A DNA stretch of 64,000 bases from Octopus vulgaris (lineage: Eukaryota). Where the stretch lies: the NCBI GenBank assembly GCA_951406725.2, contig OX597814.1:199578001-199642000 (forward strand), read 5' to 3'. The translations under genes and the position numbers were made by a program. Positions 12,729-25,769 of the stretch are shown piece after piece (within the stretch, counting starts at the first letter, position 1; every line of letters begins with the position of its first letter). The notes beneath the pieces are model-generated. The model was not told the DNA's origin. It made no database searches and saw only the letters and a program-made list of their open reading frames with translations.

Positions 12729-12773
<45 letters not shown>

Positions 12774-12794
12774 TATACATGTAAGAATGCGTAT

Positions 12795-12839
<45 letters not shown>

Positions 12840-12861
12840 TATACATGTAAGAATGCGTATG

Positions 12862-12898
<37 letters not shown>

Positions 12899-12920
12899 TA
12901 TACATGTAAGAATGCGTATG

Positions 12921-12952
<32 letters not shown>

Positions 12953-12975
12953 CTATACATGTAAGAATGCGTATG

Positions 12976-13016
<41 letters not shown>

Positions 13017-13037
13017 TATACATGTAAGAATGCGTAT

Positions 13038-13078
<41 letters not shown>

Positions 13079-13100
13079 TATACATGTAAGAATGCGTATG

Positions 13101-13132
<32 letters not shown>

Positions 13133-13151
13133 CTATACATGTAAGAATGCG

Positions 13152-13188
<37 letters not shown>

Positions 13189-13210
13189 TATACATGTAAG
13201 AATGCGTATG

Positions 13211-13249
<39 letters not shown>

Positions 13250-13270
13250 TATACATGTAAGAATGCGTAT

Positions 13271-13307
<37 letters not shown>

Positions 13308-13376
13308 TATACATGTAAGAATGCGTATGTGAATATATATATATATATATATACTATACATGTAAGAATGCGTATG

Positions 13377-13418
<42 letters not shown>

Positions 13419-13440
13419 TATACATGTAAGAATGCGTATG

Positions 13441-13477
<37 letters not shown>

Positions 13478-13496
13478 TATACATGTAAGAATGCGC

Positions 13497-13542
<46 letters not shown>

Positions 13543-13564
13543 TATACATGTAAGAATGCGTATG

Positions 13565-13603
<39 letters not shown>

Positions 13604-13625
13604 TATACATGTAAGAATGCGTATG

Positions 13626-13662
<37 letters not shown>

Positions 13663-13787
13663 TATACATGTAAGAATGCGTGTAATATATATATATATAT
13701 ATATATATATACTATACATGTAAGAATGCGTGTGTGAATATATATATATATATATATATATGTACTATACATGTAAGAATGCGTGTG

Positions 13788-13819
<32 letters not shown>

Positions 13820-13842
13820 CTATACATGTAAGAATGCGTGTG

Positions 13843-13874
<32 letters not shown>

Positions 13875-13912
13875 CTATACATGTAAGAATGCGTATGTGA
13901 ATATATATATAT
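12706..13912. repeat. Minisatellite: ~21 units of ctatacatgtaagaatgcgtatgtga separated by variable (TA)n
   Basis: Direct count of the core motif. Confidence 0.95.
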
Positions 13913-14213
13913 AATATCAAGAGAGATAAGCTATCTATTACGTGTAACTTTGCGTGGTTTAGTAATATACTCCATACTTTCTCAACTCAAATTGTATTAG
14001 ATGACTATATAGTCGCGAGCAGGCAAAAAGAAAAACGAATATTCTTTCATATATATTATCACGCTACTTTCCCCACTTCGATCGTGTGAATAACCGAGAA
14101 CGGGAAACTCTGAATAACGATTCAAAGACCTTCACCTTTTAATATAACATACACGCTCTGCTGTATGCATTAGGCACTTTTTCCTAGTTCGTAAACACCA
14201 GTGTTCGACAATT

Positions 14214-14272
<59 letters not shown>

Positions 14273-14974
14273 CTGTGCTATTTGTTTAACGACTACATAT
14301 TCCTTGGCCTTCGACTATTGTTCATTCAGTCCCTTTTAATCACATCTTCCTGTTATACAACTAATCGCAAAGCGCTATTCATCAGGTGGCTGCTATTATT
14401 CTACGCGGTTTAAGGACAAAAAAATCGATTTAATAAGATTGTTTCTCCTAAAACGGACGTAATATATGTTACTTTTCTTCATTATATTCGTTATTGATTT
14501 AGCTTTAGATATGTTATAATTGTTTTGTCGCAGCTATACTTCGCAAAGATTACGTCTCCTTTGCAAGGCCAGTAATACATGAGATGTAAACAGTTGCTTA
14601 TCTTCACAGCTTTGCATTTCAGTTGGGTAATGTTCCCATAGCTCGAGCGTTAATTGCTACCTCATGTTGCTTCTTCATAATTCTGACCATCTAGAACGTT
14701 CTGTCCACATGTTTTCTTAAAAACTGACTTCGAAATATTCAAATAATATAATATCTGCATTATCCTAATACTACAGTCGCCTTCACGTCCTTGAAGGCAG
14801 CATTTCTTTCGAAAATCAGATTATAAAAGAAACTAATTAAAAACAAACTTCACCAATTCTGAACATATTAAACCATGTTGGAATCTTAAGTGGAATATAT
14901 AGTTTTAATTGAGATATATCTTCATGGAAGAAAGCGTGAGTATGCGCGCGTCTGTAAACTGGTGATGTATATGT

Positions 14975-17050
14975 GTCCCCAAACCCCAGACATTTCTTCC
15001 ACTCAACATCAGTCCCTCAACTCTCAAAAGAAACTCCTACGCATCGCACTCGACAACTCCACAGCCCACCTCGAATCTATGATAACTGTAAGCCTCCCTG
15101 TCTGAATCCACCCTCTATAACCACACACTATAAACATTCTAGCCGCAAGAAGTAGAAGATCCTATGGTTCACACCCCCTTTCTCCCTCCAAGTTAAACAT
15201 TTGCCTAAACTTTTCTTTAAAATCCTCAACTCTAACTTCCCACCACAGCATAACTATTACCCTATCTTTAATGAATCATCAGTTAAAATCCCCTACTCTA
15301 CCACACCTAATTTGGGGCCATAAATTACCTCCAATAACAGACGCAAATTATAACACCAGTCCTTAGAACCTGCAATTTGTCACGCTGCACCCCAAATTAA
15401 CCTACCTAGCAGAAAAAGTACAACCCTCCGTAACCCCTCCCCACAACTTGACTAAATAATAACAGACTCAAGACATCTTTCTATATGCTACCCATGTGGC
15501 CACATACACAAACAGTGATACTCCCTCCAAATCGAATACCGATACCGGTTGTACTTCCAGTTCGTTTTCAGTGATAACGGACCACTGGAATTTGACCTCT
15601 CCAGCGGTAATCTCCAACCGCGGAGCAAGTAGGAAAACTTGAAACTGTTGGGTTTCCACGCTCCCACCAAGCAGAGGTCTATCTATATGAGCGATACTGT
15701 TAATTTCAAGCATCGCTACCGTACACATGTGAACTCTTTCTTCAATCCAAATTCTAAATCCTTTTACATCCTGAGCAACTTATATATACGTAATCATATC
15801 TCAAAATGTTCCCTATACCCTATCCTGGTCCATCGTAAGTGAGGCTCCCCCATACAACGCAAACATCAGTATGTGTAAATTATGTTTAAAATAATCGCAA
15901 ACCATTCTTTGCCACCACGACCCCTCATTGCTAAATGGTTTCTCAGAAGTAATACTCACTTGTAAACACAGGTTCTACTCATCATTTGCCCATTTTATTA
16001 AATCTATGTAATCCCATTACTATAAGTATCCTTAGTAAAAATTAACCTTTGAGGTACGAGGTACGTCTAGCAATTTACCATCTCAACTAATACCACCCTC
16101 CTTATTAAACTATTCTTTCTCATTGTTATCTTTACAAACTCATTTAAGCCACTACATTCCACTTCCCTCATAGCCTTCGCCTTCCCACCCTCACAAGTGA
16201 TAGTATTTCCCTTCTCTCATTTCTCCTCTTCAACCAAAAGCACTTAATACTGCCCCATTCATTTGGATACTAACTTGTCAACTCTTCCCGTCACTATTCA
16301 CCTCCCTCTATTCAATTTCATACACTTCTGCATACCTCAGAACTCCCCCTCCAATACCAACCTGCATTCATTATTTCACTAACTGCTGCTATCTTCCTCA
16401 CCAACTCACCTCCACTCCGTCCACCTCACTCTATCTTCTCTCATACCTTTCAACATACCTTAATAATTTCCCTATGCCACCGAACTAAACACTTTACATC
16501 CCTCAAATAATTGCCGTTACTTTTCTCACTATCTCACCTTTCTATAATTCTATACCTATTTACCATAAACTGTAACAAACCCAACACCATTCAATACTAT
16601 CCACCCTACCCTCTTATTCGTCTTCCTACTCTCCATCTCTACTACTACCTCCCTTAGTACCCTCATTATTAACCCCTCACTCTTGAACTATTTTTCTCCC
16701 CTCACTATTCCCTATTTTAATACCCCCATTCCCCGCTCTAATACAACTAGCTCTCCACATTTAATCATTCCATCTTTGAACTTCTCTGCATTAAGATATG
16801 AAATATAAGACCTTCTCTACCCTGACGACGGAGGCTCGTTTCGTCCAGTGTTAATTGCATCCACACGACCGCATGTCCAGCATTATTATGGATTTCCGAG
16901 TCACCAGAAACAACTATTGGACTTGTAACACCTTTCTTCCGCCCCTTTAATTTTCTCTGCCGTTTGTACTCCGTGTATGTTGAACCTATAAATATCTATA
17001 TATCTATACATAAAATTTCATCATCTGAAAGTTTCCACCTTTTGCCTTCT
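14975..17050 (+). mobile_element. Degenerate Penelope-like element (RT C-terminal linker, GIY-YIG endonuclease, 3' region)
   Basis: KILWFTPPFSLQVK..FFKILNSNFPPQHNYYPIFNESSVKIPYSTTPNL (~15155-15320); IYMSDTVNFKHRYRTHVNSF (ORF 15639-15842); LSWSIVSEA..YN...MCKLCLK; stops and frameshifts. Confidence 0.8.
16822..16911 (+). ncRNA. Degenerate hammerhead motif in PLE terminal region
   Basis: CUGACGA, helix II GG..GCUCG/CGAGU..CC with long insert, GAAAC; helix I and cleavage site not convincing. Confidence 0.45.
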
Positions 17051-18302
17051 CTCCTTTTGCATGTATACACATATACATATTTTGTATTTGATGTATTTAA
17101 TATATTTAATGTGTTCAATTTGTTTATCCGAATAATTGCCTATATACCAGCTCAACTTGATCCCTCTTATAGCCTTTCTTTACCTTGTGGAATGATCCCT
17201 TGTAAAGACATCGGAGTGTAAGTTTGAATTTTTTAAACTTTACTGACTTCTATAAGAATCTCTGGATCTCATCTGTGAACTAAATATGCGTTTGTATATA
17301 CTTAGGTAAATATCTATAAATTTATGTAAGCATGCGTACATATGTTTGTATGTATATTCTGTTAGCGGTTAAAGATTTAGAATTCAGCTTCTTTCGGGCA
17401 ACCATTCATCCATTAAATTTTAAACAGGTCTTACATTTTCTTTTCTTTCGGTTCCAAATGAGTTTTTCATCTATAGAGTATGAATTACGGATTTAGATTC
17501 TTTCTCCCCAAAACCTAATTTTTTTCTAATCTCCTTTGATCCCGACTGGTCGTTTTATCCTATCACCGCGGTGATGATGAGCATATGCCGAAAGGGAACT
17601 TTTAGGTTTGAGTATGCAAGATCCTCATCAGTAATCCGAAGTGCCTTCTTTCTCATGTATTCTGCTTCCATATTGATGTCTTGAGGGTATGGATTCGACA
17701 GTCGAGTATATTTCTATGTTATAATAATTGTCTTACAGATCGATTACGTTTCAATTTGGCCGCTGTTATTTATTCTCCGGTCTTCTTTTGATCCACCATC
17801 ACAGTCGCTTTGAGTTATCTTTATTATTTATCATATTTCTTTTTTGTTTTGTTCCAGATTGCTTCGGCTACTATGTCATCTCTTGTGAGAAAATAATACC
17901 TCGAGGCCATTCTCTGTTCGTCGTTAACTGCATTAGTTTTAGCTGTAACATGACCTTCATTTACTGCCATATAATGCTTTTTTGTATTTTCTGAAAGAGA
18001 CACGTAAATGAGAATTTCTTGCTCAGGGTTACACATAAAAGTAACCTTAAAAAATGATATTTTATTGACTTGTAATATCTTTTGTATACATACATCGACA
18101 ATCAGATTGAACCTGCTCAGAATATATTTTGTATTTAATATCACTAATTATTGGATTAACTGGGTTTGAGATGTATCTACCACCTACGCCTGAAACGTCT
18201 TGCCGAAGACTATTTGCGCAAATAAAAGAACCCGAGTAAAATAAAATCAGGTGAAAGCAAACAAAACTTGAAAGTTACTGTCAACGTTTTCCCGTGTAAA
18301 TC

Positions 18303-18354
<52 letters not shown>

Positions 18355-18396
18355 CACACACACACACACACACACAAATACATATATATATATATA

Positions 18397-18583
18397 TCAT
18401 GTTGGACTGCTGAAGTCTACGAGTTTTTTTTCATTCTCTCTTTACTTTCTTTTATTCCTTTCTGTTGAAGAGCGTAGGCTCGAAACATAAAATACTTTTT
18501 CTATTCCTGGGCGTTATACTAATACATCTGCTTGTTTTGTACACCACCTGTCTTCATCTTTTGTTTTTTTCGTAAACTCTCCC
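18397..18583 (+). mobile_element. Short TA-flanked PLE-like relic with variant hammerhead core
   Basis: CUGUUGA-A-GAGC(GUAG)GCUC-GAAAC at 18462-18486; A6 is replaced by U. Confidence 0.45.
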
Positions 18584-18629
18584 TATATATATATATATAT
18601 ATATTATCATAAAAGATTTCCTCTTACTT

Positions 18630-19900
18630 GTAGCCCACGGCAGCTTTCTCTAAGTTATAATTTTCGGGAAGGTGATTTTCCATTTTCCTCTTTATAGTTT
18701 TCCATTTCTGTAATATTTCCCTTTTGTTTCGCGATGTCTTTTTTTCCGACTCTCGCATGTTTACATTTCTCACTTCCCACAGCAGCTTATCGTTTTGGGG
18801 ATCAGTAAATATAATCATCATTTTCTTCAAACTGACTTCCAGACCTCCTTTTCGATAGTATCTTGCCACTGCATCCCATTGATGATTTTAACGCACTGGT
18901 TTTCATCGACATGTCCCGTGCCTTTTTTTTTCTCTCTAAACTCGTCAAAAATACTCTTTCCCTGTAACAGACTATGATTACTATCAGTGTTGATTGGTTC
19001 TGCTACTGAGACAGCCAGCAAAATGCACCGTTTATCAACTAGGATTTATATTTCCTTCCAATGCTGAGTATTTGTGCTTATCTATATCCACCGCTTTTCA
19101 TGAATGGGCTATTCTTGATGTAAAGCTCTTTCCCCCCCCCCCCCTTTGGGCCATGATGAATAAATTTTCCAACGTTTCTATCCCTATTGTCCTTTTCTCA
19201 CTTTTGATTTGAAATCTCACATCACTATGGTGTAAATGGATTTGTGAGCTAGCAACTTATATCTTGATAAGCTTCTGCATTTTTATCGTCCTCGCTTTTC
19301 CATGTTGGAGCAAAGATTTGGATAATCTTCAGCACGGAATATTCTGAGAGACGAATGTTTAACACCTTGATCCGCCCGTGACAAATGACAGAATGAGTGC
19401 ATTCTTTACGTAAGATAAAACCTATGCTTCCCCTGTTCTTGTGCTTTCTGACGTTTCTAGTCACACAACACTTCTGTCCGTCTATCCTCATATATTGTTG
19501 GAACAAGTTGGTGTTTATCTTGATTGAAGGTATGCTCAAAGAGCTGCTGTACAAGACCTTGCATTCTAGTCTCTTCAATACCAAACGTCCAACGTGCGCT
19601 GTTATGAGAAAGTGAGACGTGAGTTAGTAAAAGAAGGAAGAACAGTGATTGGAAACGACGGAGGATCACTGAAAGATCCACACATGGAATCTCCTTGCAG
19701 GAGCATGGCTGAACCGAGGGAATTCGAGAGCAGAGTTGAGTAAAAGACGTGATCGCTGAATATTGAAGGGAAATGAGCCAGACAAAAAACAAAGTTCACG
19801 AACAATAGGTGAACCTACGAAGTTGTCGAGTGGTGGGTAAGAGATCGACAGAAACTACTCGGAAGAACGCAAGGGCAATAGGAACGCCACGTAGATGAAT
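18630..19900 (-). mobile_element. Degenerate RTE-like LINE 5' region (AP endonuclease)
   Basis: GSIGFILRK...RIKVLNIRL...LKIIQIFAPT..SEDD; DFKSKV (GDFNAKV-like); TDSNHSLL (SDH motif). Confidence 0.75.
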
Positions 19901-20077
19901 GACACAAAACAAAAGAAAGAGAGACAGACACAGGAACAATGGTAATGCATGAGCAATGAAATATAGGGATATCTGACAGTGTGATCGATAAATATATATA
20001 TATTTATATATACTTATACAGATTTATATTTATACATATTGCATATATATGTTTATACATATTGCATATATATATTT

Positions 20078-20488
20078 CGCAGGAGTGGCTGTGTGTTAAG
20101 TAGCTTGTTTACCAACCACATGGTTCCAGGTTCAGTCCCACTGCGTGGCACCTTGGGCAAGTGTCTTCTACTATAGCCTCGGGCTGACCAAAGCCTTGTG
20201 AGTGGATTTGGTAGACGGAAACTGAAAGAAGCCCGTCGTATATATGTATGTATATACATGCGTGTGTGTGTTTGTGTGTCTGTGTTTGTCCCCCTAGCAT
20301 TGCTTGACAACCGATGCTGGTGTGTTCACGTCCCCGTAACTTAGCGGTTCGGCAAAAAGACCGATAAAATAAGTACTGGGCTTACAAAAGAATAAGTCCC
20401 GGGGTCGATTTCCTCGATTAAAGGCGGTGCTCCAGCATGGCCGCAGTCAAATGACTGAAACAAATAAAAGAGTAAAAGAGTAAAAGAA
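20078..20488 (+). mobile_element. Full-length SINE family A
   Basis: Complete head-to-tail copy; tttatacatattgca(ta)n on both flanks. Confidence 0.92.
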
Positions 20489-21090
20489 TATATATTTATA
20501 CATATTGCATATATATATATATATATATATATTTATACATATTGCATATATATATATATATTTATACATATTGCATATATATATATATATATATATATTT
20601 ATACATATTGCATATATATATATATATATTGTTTAAAATATTTAACTACAGTACCTTATGATAAGACTTGCCCCGTTTGATTATCAATAGTCTGCTAGTG
20701 GGCGACCCCCTTAATTATCAGCGAACATCTTGTTTTAAGTATTCCCCTTCTAAACCTCATGATATTGCTTATAATAAATCTTCATTTTTATGACTATACC
20801 AACTAGAATGTCTGTCTACTACCTCAGCCCTATCCCCAACAGATACTGCCCTCTGTTCTCTCAGGGTTAGATATACAAGGGATTTGAATAAACTATAAAG
20901 TCTATCAATTAAAACTGACCCCATAAAGACAAAAAATCAGTGGCAGGCAGAGTCTTATTGATAATTTTAGTAACTTCTATGCTGAAATAGAAACATGTTC
21001 TTTGTCTATCTCCTTAACTTCTTGGAGATTTTAGGTATAATTATACTAATGTGTCCATCTGTTGTAATTTAAATTAAATTCTATGTCTTT

Positions 21091-21179
21091 GTGCAGCTGA
21101 CGATTGCTCTACATATTAAACTGATGTATTGATTGCATTGTTCAATTAAATAGGTTTGCATGAAACAATCGTACTGCAT
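21091..21179 (+). ncRNA. Type I hammerhead ribozyme in TA-flanked PLE-like relic (~20630-21208)
   Basis: Helix I GUGCAG/CUGCAU; CUGACGA; helix II UGC..GCA with long insert; GAAAC-AAUC-GUA site. Confidence 0.75.
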
Positions 21180-21200
21180 TACCTCTGATATCCTTGTTGC

Positions 21201-21266
<66 letters not shown>

Positions 21267-21359
21267 AAAAAATGAAGTTTGAAAATGCTGCTATATTAGA
21301 CAAATTTTAATTTAACATGTTTCGGTTCTTGAAATGGCGAACCTTATCAAAAAAAATTA

Positions 21360-21556
21360 TATATAATAAAGAGAGTCCATGCTATATGTTTAAAGAGTAT
21401 GATGTAATAGTTCATAATTGTGACATATATTCAATAGAGTCAAATATAAAAAATTCATATATAATAAAGAGAGTCCATGCTATATGTTTAAAGAGTATGC
21501 TGTAGTAGTTCATAATTGTGACATACATTCAATAGAGTCAAATATAAAAAATTCAT
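21360..21556. repeat. Tandem duplication, 2 x ~98 bp
   Basis: tatataataaagagagtccatgc...aaaaattcat repeated with a few substitutions. Confidence 0.9.
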
Positions 21557-22044
21557 GTTCTTGAAAAGGCGAGGAGTTCATTTTAGATTTTACCTTGTGT
21601 TCCAATGGGAGTAACAGTAATGATTTTTGGTCGTTGTCTGCTCGCATAATTTTGGTGAATTTTGTGATTGTTGGATTTATATCAGCTCAGCTAAGCTGTG
21701 GTCACTTGCACTTTTCACTGACGTCATATAGTTCCAAACCAATCAAAACCCAGTCTCAACGAATGTAGTGAAAAGACTCCTAACTGTATCCTGTTAGGAA
21801 ACCAACCAAGCGGAACGACAGTTTGGCCACGGAAGAAATACGTCATCATTTTTTTTGACGAATCGAAATTAGATCTGACCCATGACAGTATCCTGTTAGG
21901 TGGCTAGTCCAGCAGAACGAGACGTCATCAATGTTTTGACCAATCAGAATCGGGTCTGACCCATAGCTGTATCGTGTGGGGAAACCGACCAAGCAGGGTG
22001 ACAATAGCTTGACCACTGAGGTAATACGTTATCAGTTTTTTGTA

Positions 22045-22085
<41 letters not shown>

Positions 22086-22229
22086 ATTAAAAAAATATAT
22101 ATATACATACATACATACATCTTGCATATTCATATATATATATATATATATATACACATGTTGCATATTCATATATATACATATTGCATATTCACATACA
22201 TATAACTATAAATATATATATATAGCATA

Positions 22230-22274
<45 letters not shown>

Positions 22275-22315
22275 TGCATATATATATATATATACATATT
22301 GCATATGTATGTATA

Positions 22316-23268
22316 TGATTCCAAGCTCCAGAAGGTCATCACTGGTGTAGATGACCGGATAAGCCTTCAGTCAAACCTACTGGCTGTTGTCCAATGGGCG
22401 GAAAAGAACATGTTGCTAAACGAAGGCAAATTCGAACTGATCCACTTTGGAAGGGAGAACGCTCTGAAACTCCCATACTCCCTTCCTTCTGGTGGAATTC
22501 TCATGGCATCTAACAACATCAGAGACTTGGGAGTAACTGTCGACAACAACATAAGCTGGGCTACACATATAAGCAGCTAAGTTGACATGGCCCGCAGAAT
22601 GTGTTCCCGGATTCTCAGAACCTTCCAGTCGAGAGATTCCCACACCATTCTCTTTCTCTTCTCCACTTTTGCCCGACCCCACCTTGAATACTACTGTCCA
22701 CTGTGGTCTCGCTACAAGAAACAAAATATTATGAAAATTGAAGCTCCCAAAAAGTCAATCACGAAAAATATAGATGGCATGTCAGACCTCGACTACTGGG
22801 GTCGACTAAAAAAAGCTGAAACTGTATTCACTCCAACGACACTGTGAACGCTACATTATCTGTATGACGAGGAAAATATTCCATCAGCACTGTCCAAATG
22901 ATGTTGGCATCACCTTCAAAATACACTCAAGACTTGGACCCTGTGCCAACCGTCCACAACAAAAATGTAAATCGCATCTCATAACAACAGTACGGCACAA
23001 TTATTTCACCTCAATTGGTCCCGCTCTCTTCAACATTACACCAGGACACGTCAAAACAGAAACTGACCACACAAAATTCAAGAAGTCTTTGGACAAATTC
23101 CTTCAAACAGTCTCGGACAAACACCAGCACCCGGATATGTCTCCGCAAACAATAACTCTGTTCTCGAATGGGCCTTGGTGCCCAAATCCTGACTTCGCCA
23201 GGTGGTGCTATTAAGTTAGACATGGCCTGGGCCAGTACTGGCCAAAACCTTTTTAACTTATTCTAAGT
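22316..23268 (+). mobile_element. 5'-truncated CR1-like LINE (RT C-terminus and 3' end)
   Basis: DSKL...LQSNL...WA...MLLNEGKFE...IRDLGVTVDNNISWATHI...FARPHLEYYCPLWS...LDYWGRLK; in-frame stop and frameshifts; palindrome ggccagtactggcc near the 3' end. Confidence 0.9.
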
Positions 23269-23269
23269 T

Positions 23270-23281
23270 ATATATACATAT

Positions 23282-23327
<46 letters not shown>

Positions 23328-23419
23328 CATATTGCATACGTATTTATACATATTGTATATATATATATATATATATATACATTCATATTGCATACGTATT
23401 TATACATATATACGTATTT

Positions 23420-23457
<38 letters not shown>

Positions 23458-23474
23458 CATACGTATTTATACAT

Positions 23475-23511
<37 letters not shown>

Positions 23512-23528
23512 CATACGTATTTATACAT

Positions 23529-23564
<36 letters not shown>

Positions 23565-23592
23565 CATACATATTGCATACGTAATTATACAT

Positions 23593-23626
<34 letters not shown>
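23270..23626. repeat. TA-punctuated minisatellite (attgcatacgtatttatacatattg)
   Basis: About 5 units; related catattgcata motifs also at 20029-20630 and 22100-22310. Confidence 0.85.
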
Positions 23627-23627
<1 letters not shown>

Positions 23628-24295
23628 CCATCGTATTTTTGCATGGGTATGTCTGCATTAACATTGTTATTTATATTAATTTATGACAATAACTATTTTT
23701 ATAACTGCATATATTTCTATATGATATATTAATTTTAATGGTGGACTTTTTGATCATTTAATGTTTTCCTTCTGATATATATAAATGTCTTTGTATGTTC
23801 TTCCGTGATGGGGTTCTGGCTGAAACAATTGTAGGTCTCGTTAATGTATTAAATAAATTTTTATTAATGCTATCTCCATCTTCTCTCTTGGTTTTTATAA
23901 TAATATGGATGTCTGTGTTCCTATATCATAAGGTATTCAACCAGTCTAATCTTGGATATTTCTATCCCTCTGAGGTTTATATATCCTTACTTGTACGTTT
24001 ATATATATATATATATAAACGTACTGGCCAGCCCCAAGGAAAAACTAAGCTAAGAGCATTAGATTCCTTTCTAAAAGGATCGAATGTATACGAAAACAAG
24101 GACAGAAAAACGGACGATGTTACACGAATATGAATAGAAAAAAACAAAAAATAATACGAATATAAATACAAAAAAAAACAATAATAATAATAACAGGACA
24201 GATAGATAGATAGATAGATAGATAGAAAGAAAGAAAGAAATGACAAGACAAGAAAAGAATGAAAGACACCTCGATATTATGTAAATAGAGGAATT

Positions 24296-24465
24296 TATCT
24301 GTAAATATAATATGTGACAATTATTCGGTAGCCAAGATAAAACTCCGAGTTTCTGATGTCGGGCGGAAACCCACGCCGCCATCTCTTCAGTTTCCGCCCC
24401 GACATCAAAAACTCGGAGTTTTATCATGGCTACCGAATAATTGTCACATATTATATTTACAGATA
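24296..24465. repeat. Near-perfect inverted repeat (~75-bp arms, 19-nt loop) with hammerhead core at apex
   Basis: 24296-24370 vs 24390-24465; minus strand reads CUGAAGA-GAUG..CAUC-A-GAAAC-UCGGAG-UU (24390 down to ~24340). Confidence 0.85.
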
Positions 24466-24483
24466 CACACACACACACACACA

Positions 24484-24540
24484 GCCGCGAGCAGACCAAA
24501 ACCTTGTGAGTGGATTTGGTAGACGGAAACTGAAAGATGC

Positions 24541-24575
<35 letters not shown>

Positions 24576-24775
24576 AATGAAAGAATGAATGGAGTTGAAC
24601 GACGAATTAACAAAATTCCTTTATTTTCGACGTATGTTTCGAAGGCTGCATATTCCTAATTTCGAAGGAATAAGGGGTGCATTATGCCGCCTTCTCATCA
24701 GGAAAAACAAGGAACTTATGTCACCATTAAGATGCACAAAAAACTTTTAGATGACTGCCCACACGGAGCCCATAG

Positions 24776-24831
<56 letters not shown>

Positions 24832-25079
24832 GAGTATATTTATATACGAGTATATATATGTGTGTGTATGTATTCGAAACCCCACACGCACACACACATC
24901 GCTTGACAACCAATGATGCTATGATTACGTCGCCGTAACTTAGTGGTTCGGCAAAAGAAGCAGATAGAAAAAGTACCAGACTTAAAAAAACAAAGTACAG
25001 GGGGGTCGATTCATACAACTAAGTCTTTCAAAGTGGTGCCCCAGCATGGCCACAGTTTCGCGATTGAAACAAGTAAAGG
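24484..25079 (+). mobile_element. Diverged SINE family A interrupted in its TA tract
   Basis: 5' part 24484-24548, 3' part 24896-25079; insert 24571-24778 lies between TA runs. Confidence 0.75.
24624..24706 (-). ncRNA. Canonical type I hammerhead ribozyme (GUC site)
   Basis: UUUUC-CUGAUGA-GAAGGCGGCAUA...UAUGCAGCCUUC-GAAAC-AUAC-GUC-GAAAA; all core nucleotides intact; predicted cut between 24629 and 24628. Confidence 0.85.
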
Positions 25080-25271
25080 ACGTGTATTGCATGCGTCTGT
25101 ATGTATACTATATATGTGTGTATGTATATATACATGTGTATGTATACATGTATGTACATACAGCCATGTACATATGTTTATGTCTAGCCCTATGTGCGTA
25201 TATGTATTTGTATATATATATATATATACAAATATATATACAAAGAATATATATATATATATATATATATA

Positions 25272-25655
25272 CTTTTATGTTTCAGTCATTTCACTGCGGC
25301 CGTGCTGGAGCACTGTCTGTTTTGTTTTTTTAGTCGGACAAATCGACCCCGGGACTTATTCTATGTAAGCCTAGTACTTATTCTATCGGTTTCTTTTGCC
25401 GAACCGCTATGTCATGGGGACATAAACTCACCATCATCGGTTATCAAGGGATGTTGGGAGGGACAATCACAGGTATGCAAACACACACGCATACATATAT
25501 ACGACGGGCTTCTTTCAGTTTCCGTCTACCAAATCCACTCATAAGGTTTTAGTTGGCCTGAGGCTATAGAAGACACTCGTCCAAGGTGCCACGCAGTGGG
25601 ACTGAACCGGATACCATGTGGTTGGTAAGCAAGCCACTTACCACACAGCCACTCC
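25272..25655 (-). mobile_element. SINE family A
   Basis: Near full-length diverged copy. Confidence 0.88.
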
Positions 25656-25769
25656 AATATATTTTTAGGATAAGGAAGGCCGGTTTATGAGAGGCCTTCC
25701 CTATTTTTAATATATACTGCTCTGTATCGTAGAGTATGCATCTCCTTTCGGATTTGTTTTATATATATA

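Noticed and set aside
12706-13912. CRISPR-like repeat-spacer appearance
   Set aside because: Spacers are just (TA)n, there are no cas genes, and the context is eukaryotic.
18624-18869. Gag-like ORF of an LTR retrotransposon
   Set aside because: Contiguous with an AP-endonuclease LINE relic; no LTRs or other gag/pol motifs.
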